Source: an uncultured Acidobacteriota bacterium (GTDB lineage: Bacteria; Acidobacteriota; UBA6911). From it: 64,000 nucleotides of DNA. Positions 31,470-41,367 of the stretch are shown in pieces (positions within the stretch are counted from its first letter, which is position 1; every line of letters starts with the position of its first letter). A program made the translations under genes and the position numbers. Below the pieces are notes generated by a model. That model ran no database searches and had not been told where the DNA came from. It saw only the letters and a program-made list of their open reading frames with translations. The stretch covers positions 62,519-126,518 of the forward strand of contig CAWHCF010000032.1 of the NCBI GenBank assembly GCA_963827655.1, written 5' to 3'.

Positions 31470-33701
31470 ATGATCGACAAGGTGCTGGGCCATTACCGGA
31501 TCATTTCGAAGCTCGGAGAAGGGGGCATGGGAATGGTCTACCGCGCGCAAGACCAGGTGCTGCAGCGCGACGTAGCGTTGAAATTCCTCGGCGAGGCGCT
31601 CGGCCTGGAAGCCCGGCAATTCTTGCTGCGGGAGGCGCGCGCGGCGTCCGCTCTCTCCCACCCGAATATCTGCACGGTGCATGAAGTCGGTGAAGCCGAG
31701 GGCGAGTTCTACATCGTGATGGAACTGATCGAAGGCAAGCCGCTGAGCGACTCGATCGGCACCGGAGGGCTGCCGTATGAATCGGTGATGCGATACGGCG
31801 CCCAGATAGCCGGGGCGCTGACCCATGCCCACGGGCGCAACATCGTTCATCGAGACCTGAAAAGCGCCAACATAATCGTGACGCCGGAAGGCCTGGTCAA
31901 AGTTCTGGATTTCGGCCTGGCGCGGCGTCTGGCAGCGGCGCAGGATGAAGGGACGCAGACCTTAGACACGCTGGCAACCGCTGTCACGACCGGCGGCACG
32001 CTGTCTTACATGTCGCCGGAAGTGCTGTGCGGCGAGCCGGGAGATTACCGCAGCGACTTGTGGGCGCTCGGAGTGGTGCTCTATGAGGCCCTGGCGGGTC
32101 AGGTGCCATTTCACGGGCGGACGACTTTCGAGGCCAGCTCCGCCATCCTGCATGAGCCGCCGCCACCTCTGCCCGCCTGGATACCGCCCGGCCTGGCGGC
32201 CATCGTTCAACGCTGCCTGGCGAAAGAGCCCGCGCTGCGCTATCAGCGCGCGAGCGAAGTACAGGCGGCGCTCGAGGCAATTCAATCGGCCAGCGCCGCG
32301 CCGCAGCCTCCGAGCGATCAGCGCGGGCCCATTACCACGGTGCACCGCGGGATCAAGCACCTCCAGGTCAGGAACGGCGATGTCCTGTTACTGGTCGGTA
32401 CAACGAAGGGAGTCTTTCTGCTGCGGTCCGCGGCGCAGCGCGCGCGCTGGGATGTCGCCGGACCGTACTTCCATGGGCAAGCCACGTATGCGTTGGCCTA
32501 TGACAGCCGGGAAGGACGGCACCGCTTGTGGGCTTCGACTTTCAGCATGCTGTGGGGCGCGTTCTTGCGCTCGAGCGACGATTACGGGAGGACCTGGACT
32601 AACCCGCAGGAGGCCCCGATTCGCTTTCCAACCGATTCGGGCGCCACCCTCAAGAACATCTGGCAGATTTGCCTTGGAAGGCCGGAGGAGCCGAACGTGA
32701 TCTATTGCGGCGTGGAGCCGGCGGCGCTTTACGAATCGCGTGATGACGGCCAAACATGGTCGCTGGTGCGGGGCTTGTTCAACCATCCGCACCGCCCGCG
32801 CTGGATGCCGGGGTTGGGCGGCCTGGCCCTGCACACGATCCTGCTCGACTCGCAGAATCCGGAGCGGATGTATATCGCCATTTCGGCCGGCGGCGTTTAC
32901 GCCACCGAAGACGGCGGGCGCACGTGGCAGGCGCGCAATCGCGGTATCCGCATGGTGCACATGCCGGAGAAGTATCCGGAGTTCGGCCAGTGTGTGCACA
33001 AGATCGTCATGCACCCCTCGCGGCCGGAACGCCTTTTTCTGCAGAACCATTGGGGTTTGTACCGCTCCGACAATCAGGGCGAAAGCTGGCAGGACATCGC
33101 CCATGGTGTGCCGTCGGACTTTGGTTACGCGATGGTCGTCCACCCGCACAATCCCGACTGCGTCTATATCCTGCCGATGGAGTCCGACGAGTTCCGCTGT
33201 GCTCCCGAGGGCTGCCTGCGTGTCTATCGCACCCGAAATGCCGGCGAATCGTGGGAACCGCTTGCGCGCGGCCTGCCCCGAAAAGGAGCCTATGAAACCG
33301 TGCTGCGCGATGCCATGGCAGCGGACTCGCTGAACCCGGTGGGCATCTACTTCGGCACGCGTAGCGGACAGCTCTACGGGTCGTCCGACGAAGGGAAAAC
33401 CTGGAAGAAGATTCTCGAGGGTTTGCCTCCGGTAGTTTGTGTGAAGAGCGCCGTGGTGGGCGAGCGCCGGGTCAGCGGCGCTCGGCGCGAGAAACCAGGC
33501 CGACCGCCTCTGGGAAGCGGAGCTCACCGCGGGGAAAGAGCAAGCTCGGGAGAAAACGATGAAGTGCCGACCACGTTTTTTCTACACGGCCTCTTGTGTC
33601 CTTTCGGCCGCCGGGAAATCCACACCGTCTCCCGTACTGCTGAAGCAAGGCTCGCTCTCGACATGGCGACTCTCAGCCGGAGTCAAGGAACGCGGGGGTA
33701 A
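31470..33701 (+). CDS. Hanks-type Ser/Thr kinase fused to BNR/Asp-box beta-propeller
   Basis: LGEGGMGMVY, VALKFL, HRDLKSAN, DFGLA, YMSPE; then LLVGTTKGVF and Asp-boxes SDDYGRTW, SRDDGQTW, TEDGGRTW, SDNQGESW, SSDEGKTW. Confidence 0.92.
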   Translation: MIDKVLGHYRIISKLGEGGMGMVYRAQDQVLQRDVALKFLGEALGLEARQFLLREARAASALSHPNICTVHEVGEAEGEFYIVMELIEGKPLSDSIGTGGLPYESVMRYGAQIAGALTHAHGRNIVHRDLKSANIIVTPEGLVKVLDFGLARRLAAAQDEGTQTLDTLATAVTTGGTLSYMSPEVLCGEPGDYRSDLWALGVVLYEALAGQVPFHGRTTFEASSAILHEPPPPLPAWIPPGLAAIVQRCLAKEPALRYQRASEVQAALEAIQSASAAPQPPSDQRGPITTVHRGIKHLQVRNGDVLLLVGTTKGVFLLRSAAQRARWDVAGPYFHGQATYALAYDSREGRHRLWASTFSMLWGAFLRSSDDYGRTWTNPQEAPIRFPTDSGATLKNIWQICLGRPEEPNVIYCGVEPAALYESRDDGQTWSLVRGLFNHPHRPRWMPGLGGLALHTILLDSQNPERMYIAISAGGVYATEDGGRTWQARNRGIRMVHMPEKYPEFGQCVHKIVMHPSRPERLFLQNHWGLYRSDNQGESWQDIAHGVPSDFGYAMVVHPHNPDCVYILPMESDEFRCAPEGCLRVYRTRNAGESWEPLARGLPRKGAYETVLRDAMAADSLNPVGIYFGTRSGQLYGSSDEGKTWKKILEGLPPVVCVKSAVVGERRVSGARREKPGRPPLGSGAHRGERASSGENDEVPTTFFLHGLLCPFGRREIHTVSRTAEARLALDMATLSRSQGTRG

Positions 33702-33780
33702 TAACGGAGTTCGTTTCGCGCGGCCAGTGGCTTTGCAGGCGTCTGCGAACCAGGTACGCGGACTTACCAAGCGCCGTTTC

Positions 33781-34233
33781 TCAAAATAACCTGGCCCCTC
33801 TGAATACGATCAGGTATCCATGAACGAACATCGGAAGGGCGGCCACGACGGTCGTGGCGAGCAACGTCCGGAGTGCAATGCCGCAACGTCGGTGAACCAG
33901 ACTCGTGAACCATCCGAAGTAGGGCAAGTACAGAAGTGTGGCTGTTACGACGCCCGGCGAATACTTTGCATGCACCGCAGTACCGGCCAGGTGTAAAACG
34001 GCATTCGCGAACATGAGAAAACCCAGCCAGCCCACCGCCACGAGCATTGCCACGCGACTACGGGCCGCTGCGGCAACGCCGGCGATCAGTAATGTGATCA
34101 GGAATGCCATCACGTTTACGACCAGGAACTGATCCCAGGAAATGCCGCGTTGCACCAGGCTGTTGAACCAGCGAACAAACCCAGGCGCCTCCTCCAGAAC
34201 GTGGACGCCAAACACCAATGGCGCAAGGAGCAC
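33781..34233 (-). CDS. HXXEE-domain membrane protein (start uncertain)
   Basis: FGVHVLEEAPGF, NAVLHL, YSPGVVTA, several hydrophobic helices; upstream part of the track ORF overlaps a repeat and the next gene. Confidence 0.75.
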   Translation of the reverse strand: MLLAPLVFGVHVLEEAPGFVRWFNSLVQRGISWDQFLVVNVMAFLITLLIAGVAAAARSRVAMLVAVGWLGFLMFANAVLHLAGTAVHAKYSPGVVTATLLYLPYFGWFTSLVHRRCGIALRTLLATTVVAALPMFVHGYLIVFRGARLF

Positions 34234-34257
34234 GATTCGCGATGGATCGGACCAAGG

Positions 34258-34317
34258 TTCTTGGCGTTTCTTCGAGTCTTCGTGTCTTAGAGGTTGGTGT
34301 TTGTTCCGCCCCACTAA
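34258..34317. repeat. Nonamer repeat element
   Basis: TTCTTGGCGTTTCTTCGAGTCTTCGTGTCTTAGAGGTTGGTGTTTGTTCCGCCCCACTAA. Confidence 0.7.
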
Positions 34318-35165
34318 TGCCCTCCCAGCATTGGTCGGATGGCGCCGGCCAGTGCTATCCACGAATTGCCCGGCTCCACCGCGAATCCGTCTTCGACCGC
34401 CCAGATGGCGGCTAGAACAGCCTGCGCGAAGCCCCAGGCCAGCGTCCGGTTGACGTTCAGATTCAGCTCGAGGGCAAAGCGTTCGACTCTTTTCTCGATC
34501 GTCGAGGCCCGAACGAACAACTCCGGTCTCTCGCAAGGATTCCGGAGCACAGCTCCAACCTCGTACTCGAGTTCACCGACTATTCCTTTCGGATCGATAG
34601 CCAACCAGCCGCGCTCGGAATCGAACAAGACATTGTAGTGGTGGAGGTCGCCATGGAGCAGCCGCGGCCGTGATTGCGAACTACACAGCTCGGAATACAC
34701 CATATCTGCTTCCCGAAGGAGATCCCGCGGAATCTGACAATTTTCGCTCGCGCCATGACGCTCAAAGGCTTTAGCCCATCCTTGGACCGTAAGCATCGGC
34801 TTGACCGGAGTACACGGAGACATCTTCTTGATGACGTCAGCAAGAATCCGGGTGGCCTGGTCATCCCTTCCCTCCAGGGCCATGCTTGCAAGGGAATGGC
34901 CTGGAGTGACACGTTCGAGCAGCATCGCGCCCTCCGCGTACTCATAGACTCGAACGACTCCCTTCCCCTCGAACGCCTCCAGTATCTCGCCGGACCGCCA
35001 TTCGTCTCCATGGTTCTTGACTACCTTCAATGTAACCGGCTGACCGTCGCGTCGGCCAAACGCAACGAAGGAGCTCTCGGTTTCCAAACGGCGCTCGACA
35101 ACCACGCGCCAGGCGCGGATCCGATCCTCTACGCGACTCCGGACTTCCCTGGTTGCCTCATCCAT
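34314..35165 (-). CDS. APH(6)/StrB-like aminoglycoside-hydroxyurea resistance kinase family
   Basis: ETESSFVAFG, VTLKV, MLLERV, LHGDLHHYNVL, WLAIDPKG..GE. Confidence 0.85.
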   Translation of the reverse strand: MDEATREVRSRVEDRIRAWRVVVERRLETESSFVAFGRRDGQPVTLKVVKNHGDEWRSGEILEAFEGKGVVRVYEYAEGAMLLERVTPGHSLASMALEGRDDQATRILADVIKKMSPCTPVKPMLTVQGWAKAFERHGASENCQIPRDLLREADMVYSELCSSQSRPRLLHGDLHHYNVLFDSERGWLAIDPKGIVGELEYEVGAVLRNPCERPELFVRASTIEKRVERFALELNLNVNRTLAWGFAQAVLAAIWAVEDGFAVEPGNSWIALAGAIRPMLGGH

Positions 35166-35313
35166 CGCAAGAATTCAGCTTACGCCTCACGTCCGCGCGT
35201 TGAGCGGCGGGGAGGTTTGCATCTGGTTGAACCGGTTGACGGCGTCTCCGGTCCAATCCCAGGGTGGAGCCCCGATGCGGCATGACCATGCATAATCCGC
35301 GGGGGCGTTCGTT

Positions 35314-36558
35314 CTACGGAGTTCGGACCCAGAGGGCTTCCGGCCCACGGAACGAGATATTTGGCGGAAACGAGAGTTTCTGGCCCTCGACGAGCCTGAG
35401 ACGAGGGAATCGGCGCGTCAATCCCTCGAGCGCGATCTGCGTCTCCAGCTTACCAAGCGCGGCGCCAAGGCAGTAGTGGATCCCCTTGCCAAACGCCAGC
35501 GTCTTGGTCGAGTTTGCGCGCTGCAGGTCGAAGATCTCGGGTTCCGGGAAGACGGAAGCATCGCGACCAGATGCGGCCAGCCAGAGAAAGAGCTTCGCGC
35601 CCTGCGGCAAGTCTACGCCGCCAAGCCTCACGGGCCGCTTCGTCACGCGCCGCCAGGCCGGGACCGACGTGTCGTAGCGAAGGATCTCGTTGACGGCGCT
35701 CGGAATCAACTGAGGGTCGGCGGCCACTGCGTCCCAGCGCCCTGGTTCCTCCAGCAACCGGTGCACAGCGTTACCAATCAGATAATTCGTCGTCTCGTGT
35801 CCGGCGAAGGTCAGCGAGTAGAGGATCGAGGTGATCTCTTCGTGTGTGAGCGCGTCGGGATCCTCGTTGTGAATTGCGAGCAGCGCGGCGGCGAAGTCGT
35901 CGCCGTGCGCATGCGCCTTGGCTGCAACGAGCGCGCGAAGGTAGTGACGATAGGCCGCCATGTTCTCGGCGTGGCGCACCTGTTCTGCAGGTGTCGGTCG
36001 TCCCCAGACCAGGCCGGCACGATGGCCGCACCACTTCTTTAACTGTGGCCAGTCGCGCTCGGGGATGCCGACGAAGCTGAAGATGATTGTGGCTGGTAGC
36101 GGGAAGGTGAGCGTGGACACCAGGTCGAAAGGCGCGGACGGGTCGACGGCGTCCAGCAGCTGGTCGACCGTGGCTCGGATCCGCGGCTCCATCTCGGCAA
36201 CTCGTCGCGGCGTGAACGCCCGCGCAGTCGGCGACCGCAGACGCGTGTGCGCCGGCGGGTCGAGACTGACCATCGACGGCTGCGGTTTGTGTCCACCCGC
36301 GAGCAGGATCTGCGCCGCCTCCGGCAGGAGCTGAACGAGTGGGAGCTGCGCGGGCGCGGAGGAGTATGTCTCATGGTCGAGCAAGACCGCTTCGATGTCC
36401 GCGTAGCGTGTGACGACGTAGTAGTCGATGGCCGGGGCGTAGAACACCTGGGACTCACGCGGAAGCGAGTCCAACACTGCGAACGGATCGGCAAGAAATT
36501 CGGGCGAGAGCGGATCGAAGTTGGCGTGAATGGGGCATGCGATCCGTTCGTCCGTCAT
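35314..36558 (-). CDS. Cytochrome P450
   Basis: DPPAHTRLR, I-helix AGHETT, ExxR (EILR), heme loop FGKGIHYCLG. Confidence 0.95.
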   Translation of the reverse strand: MTDERIACPIHANFDPLSPEFLADPFAVLDSLPRESQVFYAPAIDYYVVTRYADIEAVLLDHETYSSAPAQLPLVQLLPEAAQILLAGGHKPQPSMVSLDPPAHTRLRSPTARAFTPRRVAEMEPRIRATVDQLLDAVDPSAPFDLVSTLTFPLPATIIFSFVGIPERDWPQLKKWCGHRAGLVWGRPTPAEQVRHAENMAAYRHYLRALVAAKAHAHGDDFAAALLAIHNEDPDALTHEEITSILYSLTFAGHETTNYLIGNAVHRLLEEPGRWDAVAADPQLIPSAVNEILRYDTSVPAWRRVTKRPVRLGGVDLPQGAKLFLWLAASGRDASVFPEPEIFDLQRANSTKTLAFGKGIHYCLGAALGKLETQIALEGLTRRFPRLRLVEGQKLSFPPNISFRGPEALWVRTP

Positions 36559-36717
36559 CGCGCTCTTGGTTCCTCCTGACCGCCGTATCAACCGTTCAGA
36601 GTGGGAAGGCTGTCACGTGTTCAGCGCCTGTCGGCAAACCGGAAACTTGAATCTGCCGGAAGAATTCAGGTCAGGCGCGATCGATCCACGATCCAGCCAC
36701 AGGACTGTCCGGCGCAC

Positions 36718-36987
36718 TCAAGCGCCGAATCTCTCTGCAGCGCGAGCTTTCGCTTTCGCAGCTTCTTCTTCTCGATTCTTGGGCGGTGCGTTCGTTTCAA
36801 GCCCACCGAGAAGACGAGTCGCGATGCCGGCTATTTCATCTACCGCAACCAGGAACGAGCCCTCGTTTGCCTTTGACGGTTTGTTAAAACCGCTGATTTT
36901 TCTCACGAACTGGAGTGAAGCAGCTCGGATCTCTTCGGCAGTGACGGGCGGATCGAAGTTGAAGAGGGTTTTGATATTCCTGCACAT
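36718..36987 (-). CDS. DUF2277 family protein
   Basis: MCRNIKTLFNFDPPVT.EEIRAASLQFVRKISGF.KPSKANE. Confidence 0.9.
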   Translation of the reverse strand: MCRNIKTLFNFDPPVTAEEIRAASLQFVRKISGFNKPSKANEGSFLVAVDEIAGIATRLLGGLETNAPPKNREEEAAKAKARAAERFGA

Positions 36988-36990
36988 AAC

Positions 36991-37176
36991 CCAAGTAAAA
37001 AGTAAAAAGTGCTAAAAAGTGCTGAGTAAAAAGTAGCACCCCAAGTAAAAAGTAGAAAGTGCTGAGTAAAAAGTGGAAAGTAGCCAGGGCGACATAAAAC
37101 GGTGAGCGAACCTGGCCGCCAGGGAAAGAACCTGGTTTCTTTTCTACTCAGCACTTTTTACTTTTTACTTGCTTGG
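36991..37176. repeat. AT-rich heptamer (AGTAAAA/AGTGCTG) tandem arrays forming an inverted repeat
   Basis: CCAAGTAAAAAGTAAAAAGTGCT.. twice on the left; TACTCAGCACTTTTTACTTTTTACTTGCTTGG on the right. Confidence 0.8.
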
Positions 37177-37179
37177 CCG

Positions 37180-37917
37180 ATGAACGTCTCTGATCCAGTT
37201 AGCCTGCTCTTCGGTGGGCTCGAGAAACTTGGCCCAGGCGGCAACACACATACGCTGCACGCCCTTCGTCTTCTTCCGAAACAGCAGTTTCGACTCGTCG
37301 TCGATGCCGGTTGCGGTACGGGTCGTCAGACGCTGGTGCTTGCCAGGGAGCTTGGCGTCGTGGTCCACGCCGTGGATTCTTATGAGCCGTTCTTGAATGA
37401 CCTGCAGAGTCGCGCCAGTGAAGCGAAGATAGAGCCGTTTGTGCAGACACATTGCATGGACATGAAAGACATCCCGGGGATTTTTTCAGGCATCGACCTG
37501 CTGTGGTCAGAAGGCGCGGCCTACAACATCGGCTTTTCCAACGCTCTTGCGACCTGGGCATCGGCCATGGTTTCTGGCGGCTTTGCCGTTATCAGCGAAT
37601 TGTCGTGGCTGAAGGAGCAAGCTCCGGATGCGGTACGCGAGTTCTTCCGATCCGGCTATCCCGACATGCAATCCGTTCAACACAACATAGCGGTTGCGGA
37701 AACCGCCGGCTACAAACTGCTTGCCACGTACACGCTGCCGCGGGAGGCCTGGGTGGATGGCTACTATGACATTCTTGCGCCGCGCGCGAAAGCGCTTCTT
37801 GCTCATCCAGATCCTCCGGTCCGCGATTTCGCCGCCGAAACGGTCAAAGAAATTGAGATCTTTGACTCTTGCGAAGACAGCTATGGCTACGTGTTCTACG
37901 TGCTTCAACGCGTCTGA
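37180..37917 (+). CDS. Class I SAM-dependent methyltransferase
   Basis: LGPGG, VVDAGCGTGRQT, DLLWSEGAAYNIGF, YGYVFY. Confidence 0.9.
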   Translation: MNVSDPVSLLFGGLEKLGPGGNTHTLHALRLLPKQQFRLVVDAGCGTGRQTLVLARELGVVVHAVDSYEPFLNDLQSRASEAKIEPFVQTHCMDMKDIPGIFSGIDLLWSEGAAYNIGFSNALATWASAMVSGGFAVISELSWLKEQAPDAVREFFRSGYPDMQSVQHNIAVAETAGYKLLATYTLPREAWVDGYYDILAPRAKALLAHPDPPVRDFAAETVKEIEIFDSCEDSYGYVFYVLQRV

Positions 37918-38020
37918 CCAACCGCAGCAGAAAAGAGTTCATCGGATCAAGCGCGTGGCGTTCACGTATCTCGAATACTTGGTTGCTGCCCGCGTGCTAC
38001 TGTCGAGTTTGCCGGATTGC

Positions 38021-38467
38021 CTACTTCACGATCTCGATCAATTCGATGTCATAGTGTCGGATGGCACCTGGCGGAATGAATGTCGGATCAAACTTCCGCC
38101 CGTCAAGCGACGGTGGGACGAGAAGCTTGCGGCGTTCTCCGACGCGCATGCCCGTCACTCCTTCTTCTACTCCCGGAATCACCTGATTGCCTCCAAGAAG
38201 GAATGTAACGGGGTGGTTGTTCTTGCGGCTCGTGAACACGACCGTGCCGTCTGGAAGGCTCAATGTCTCGTGGATTCGGACCTTGTGACCGCGTTTGGCG
38301 ACTGGGCCGGTTCCTCTTGCCATGATCTCATAAACCAGTCCTGATTTGGTCCTGACTTGACCTTCAGCGGGAGCGCTGGCGGTCGGCGTCCCGGGCACCT
38401 GCGCCAAAAGAGCGAGTGGCATTAGAGTGGCGAAGACGATCACCGCAGTCAATTCGGTCGACTTCAT
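38021..38467 (-). CDS. FKBP-type peptidyl-prolyl isomerase, exported
   Basis: Signal peptide; TKSGLVYEI..GTG, LPDGTV, LGGNQVIPGVEEGVTGMRVGERRKLLVPP. Confidence 0.9.
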   Translation of the reverse strand: MKSTELTAVIVFATLMPLALLAQVPGTPTASAPAEGQVRTKSGLVYEIMARGTGPVAKRGHKVRIHETLSLPDGTVVFTSRKNNHPVTFLLGGNQVIPGVEEGVTGMRVGERRKLLVPPSLDGRKFDPTFIPPGAIRHYDIELIEIVK

Positions 38468-38557
38468 ATGAGTGAGCTCCCGTTGAAACCAGCCGCAACT
38501 GGGGTATGGCATCTGTGATGCGCGCAATCCCGACAATTGTATGGGGACCGTGACAAG

Positions 38558-38650
38558 GTCGCCAAGGGATTTGTCAGATCCGCGGATCCCCGCCACCCAA
38601 AATCCTCAGATCCGAGCAAGTGGATACTATTGCAACCTGTTTTCCTCGAT
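38558..38650 (-). repeat. Degenerate copy of the ADOP-associated palindromic element
   Basis: GTCGCCAAGGGATTTGTCAGATCCGCGGATCCC...CCGAGCAAGTGG...CCTGTTTTCCTC resembles the reverse complement of 55320-55423. Confidence 0.45.
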
Positions 38651-38690
38651 GCGGCTGGCATACAATATTGAAACATCAACCGTTCATCAA

Positions 38691-41106
38691 ATGCGCGACC
38701 TGTGGAAGGACCTTACCCTCGCCTCCCGAATGCTACTCAAAACTCCCGCTGTGACGATTGCGGTCATTGCGACCCTGGCCGTCGGAATCGCAGCCAACAG
38801 CGTGGCTTTCGCACTGATGAACAGCATTCTTCATCCGCCCGCTGCCCGTCCAGGAGCCGGAACAGCTCGTGCGCATATACTCGAGCTTCGCGAGTGGCTT
38901 CCAGCACTTCACCGTCTCGTATCCCGATTATGCCGACATCCAGCAGTTAACCGCGGTATTCTCGGCGGTCATGATCGATGAACCGGCTGCAGTCAGCCTC
39001 GGCGTGTTCGGCGCGAACGAACGCCTTTGGGGCAGCAGCGTTTCGGGCAACTATTTCTCCGTGCTAGGCGTTAGGCCCGCGCATGGTCGTTTCTTCAGCC
39101 CTGAGGAAGCGTCCGGATCCGGAGCCAATCCGCTGGTCATTCTTAGCTACGGACTCTGGCAGCGTCGCTTCAACGGAAGCCGCGACGTTCTTGGCGACAC
39201 GGTGACCCTGAATGGAAAGCTATGCACGGTCATTGGAGTTGCTCCCAAGGATTTCCACGGCATTCACCTTGGGCTGCGCCCGGAGTTGTGGCTGCCCATC
39301 AGTATGGCAGGCCGAGACCGCGGGGCCAGGCAATATTTCGCTACCGCGCGCCTGCGGCCCGGCGTCAGCGCCAATCAGGCGAGGGCGTCCCTCGACGTGC
39401 TCTGGCGCCAGCTGCAAGAGACGTATCCTGATACCAACAAAGGAATCCGCTTCAGTATGCTCCCGGAGTCAGAGGGTAGGGTCCATCCAATGGCCCGTGG
39501 TGATCTCTTAGGCTTCTCAGGAGTGCTGATTGCGGTCGCGGCGCTCGTGCTCGTTGTCGCATGCGCCAATGTTGCCGGTATTCTGCTGGTGCGTGCGATG
39601 TCACGTCGCAAAGAAATCGGCACACGCCTGGCTCTGGGAGCCACACGAGGTCGTATCATCCGGCAGTTTCTGACCGAGAGCACTCTCCTTTCGGTTCTCA
39701 GCGGGGGGGTCGGCCTCACTCTTGCCTGGGTGGTGACGAGAGTCATGGGCGCGATCCATTTTCCAACGCGCGTTCCCATATACTTCGACATCGGACTCGA
39801 TGACCGCGTACTCGGCTTCAGCTTTGCGGTCACAGTTCTTGCCGGCGTCTTGTTCGGGTTGAGCCCGGCGCTCGAGGCTTCAAAGTCTGATCTGATGACT
39901 ATGCTGAGGGAGAGGGAGGGTGCGGGAGGGTGGCGACGGACGCGACTGCGCAACACTCTCGTTATGATTCAAGTGGCGCTTTCGACGGCGTTGCTCATCG
40001 GCGCCGGTCTCTTCTTGCGAAGCCTGCAGAACGCACACCGGGTGAATGTGGGCTTTGATCCTGAAGGTGTCGTGCGGACGTCTCTGGACCTGGGACTCCA
40101 GGGATACCAGGCCGTGGAGGCCAGGCAGTTCTGGAGACGCCTCGTCGAACGGCTTGCTGCGCTCCCTGGCACAGAGTCGGTAAGCCTCGCGAGCGCGGTT
40201 CCCTTCGAGCTGAACATCACGACGCTGGAAATCGCCCCGGAAGGGTACCAGGCCATACCGGATGGAGGTTGGTCCTCCGTCGATTTCGCGATTGTCCACT
40301 CGGGCTATTTCGAGACCTTACGTATTCCACTTCTCGCGGGAAGAGACTTCACCCAAAGGGATACCGAATTTTCTCGCCCGGTAGTCATCGTGAACGACGT
40401 GCTGGCGCGGCAATTCTGGCCCGGGAGGAGCGCCGTGGGGAAGAGCATCACGACGAGTGGGGGAAGATTGCGCGAAGTGATCGGAGTGGCAAGACGCGGC
40501 AAGTACCTCACCCTCGGCGAGCAGCCTAAACCCTATGTCTACTTTCCTCTGGGCCAAAGCGACGCGCGCGCCATGACTGTTCTGATAAGGGGCGCCGGCA
40601 ACGCGAACACCGTGCTTCAGAAGGTGCGCGACACGATACGAGCGATGGACAACACCGTGCCGCTCTACAATGTCAGCTCGATGTCCGAGCACGTCAACTT
40701 TGCGCTCCTTCCAGCCAAGGGCGGAGCCATAGCACTCAATTTCGTGGGCATGGTCGCGTTAACACTCATGGCGTTGGGCCTCTACGGGACGATGGCCCAC
40801 ATGGTCAGTCGGCGAAGATTTGAGATCGGCGTGCGGCGCGCTCTGGGGGCTCAGGACGGCGACGTTATCGTGCTGGTGGTAACACAGGCCACGCGTCTCG
40901 TGCTGGCTGGTGTGGTCGTGGGAATCAGTTTTGGCCTCGCCGGCTCGCGCCTCCTCGGAAGCCTGCTCTACGGCGTTGAAGCGGCGGATCCCCTCGTCTT
41001 CGTCCTCGCCCCAGTCGTGCTCGCGCTCGTCAGTGTCCTCGCTGCCTGGATACCCACGTATCGGGCAGTTCGCATCGATCCTGCCAGGGCCTTGCGGTAC
41101 GAATGA
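38691..41106 (+). CDS. ADOP-type duplicated MacB/FtsX permease without N-terminal prefix domain; apparent +1 frameshift near 38827
   Basis: MRDLWKDLTLASRMLLKTP..TLAVGIAANS, VSGNYFSVLG, ACANVAGILL..R.KEIGTRLALGA, second repeat RRFEIGVRRALGA, C-terminal DPARALRYE. Confidence 0.9.
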
Positions 41107-41199
41107 GTTCTCCGATCGGCTCACACGGTCGGGTGCCGTTTCATTTTCGGTTCTGGGACAGGCGCAGAGTGAGGGTTGAATCCTCTCTGAAATGCGTGT

Positions 41200-41358
41200 G
41201 TCCTTTGTTGACCCGTTATCAATGGACACAGTCCGGTACGCGGAGAACTGGCGGTAAACGGGCGATTCCTTGAGGATACCAACCCGCCACCTCTACGTTG
41301 TGCGCGGCTGAAATCAGGTGACCGGGCGCCCACGCGTGGTTTCTAAACCCGTGGCGAT
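41200..41358 (+). repeat. ADOP-associated palindromic element copy A
   Basis: CAATGGAC..AGTCCGG..CGGAGAACTGGCGG...TGAGGATAC..CCCGCCACCTCTACG...CAGGTG...TAAACCCGTGGCGA, colinear with 59071-59211. Confidence 0.6.
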
Positions 41359-41367
41359 TTGCCCGGG

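Noticed and set aside
35183-35212. GCCTCAC..GCGTTGAGCGGC resembling the 5' part of an attC site
   Set aside because: No AAC core and no complementary 3' half found
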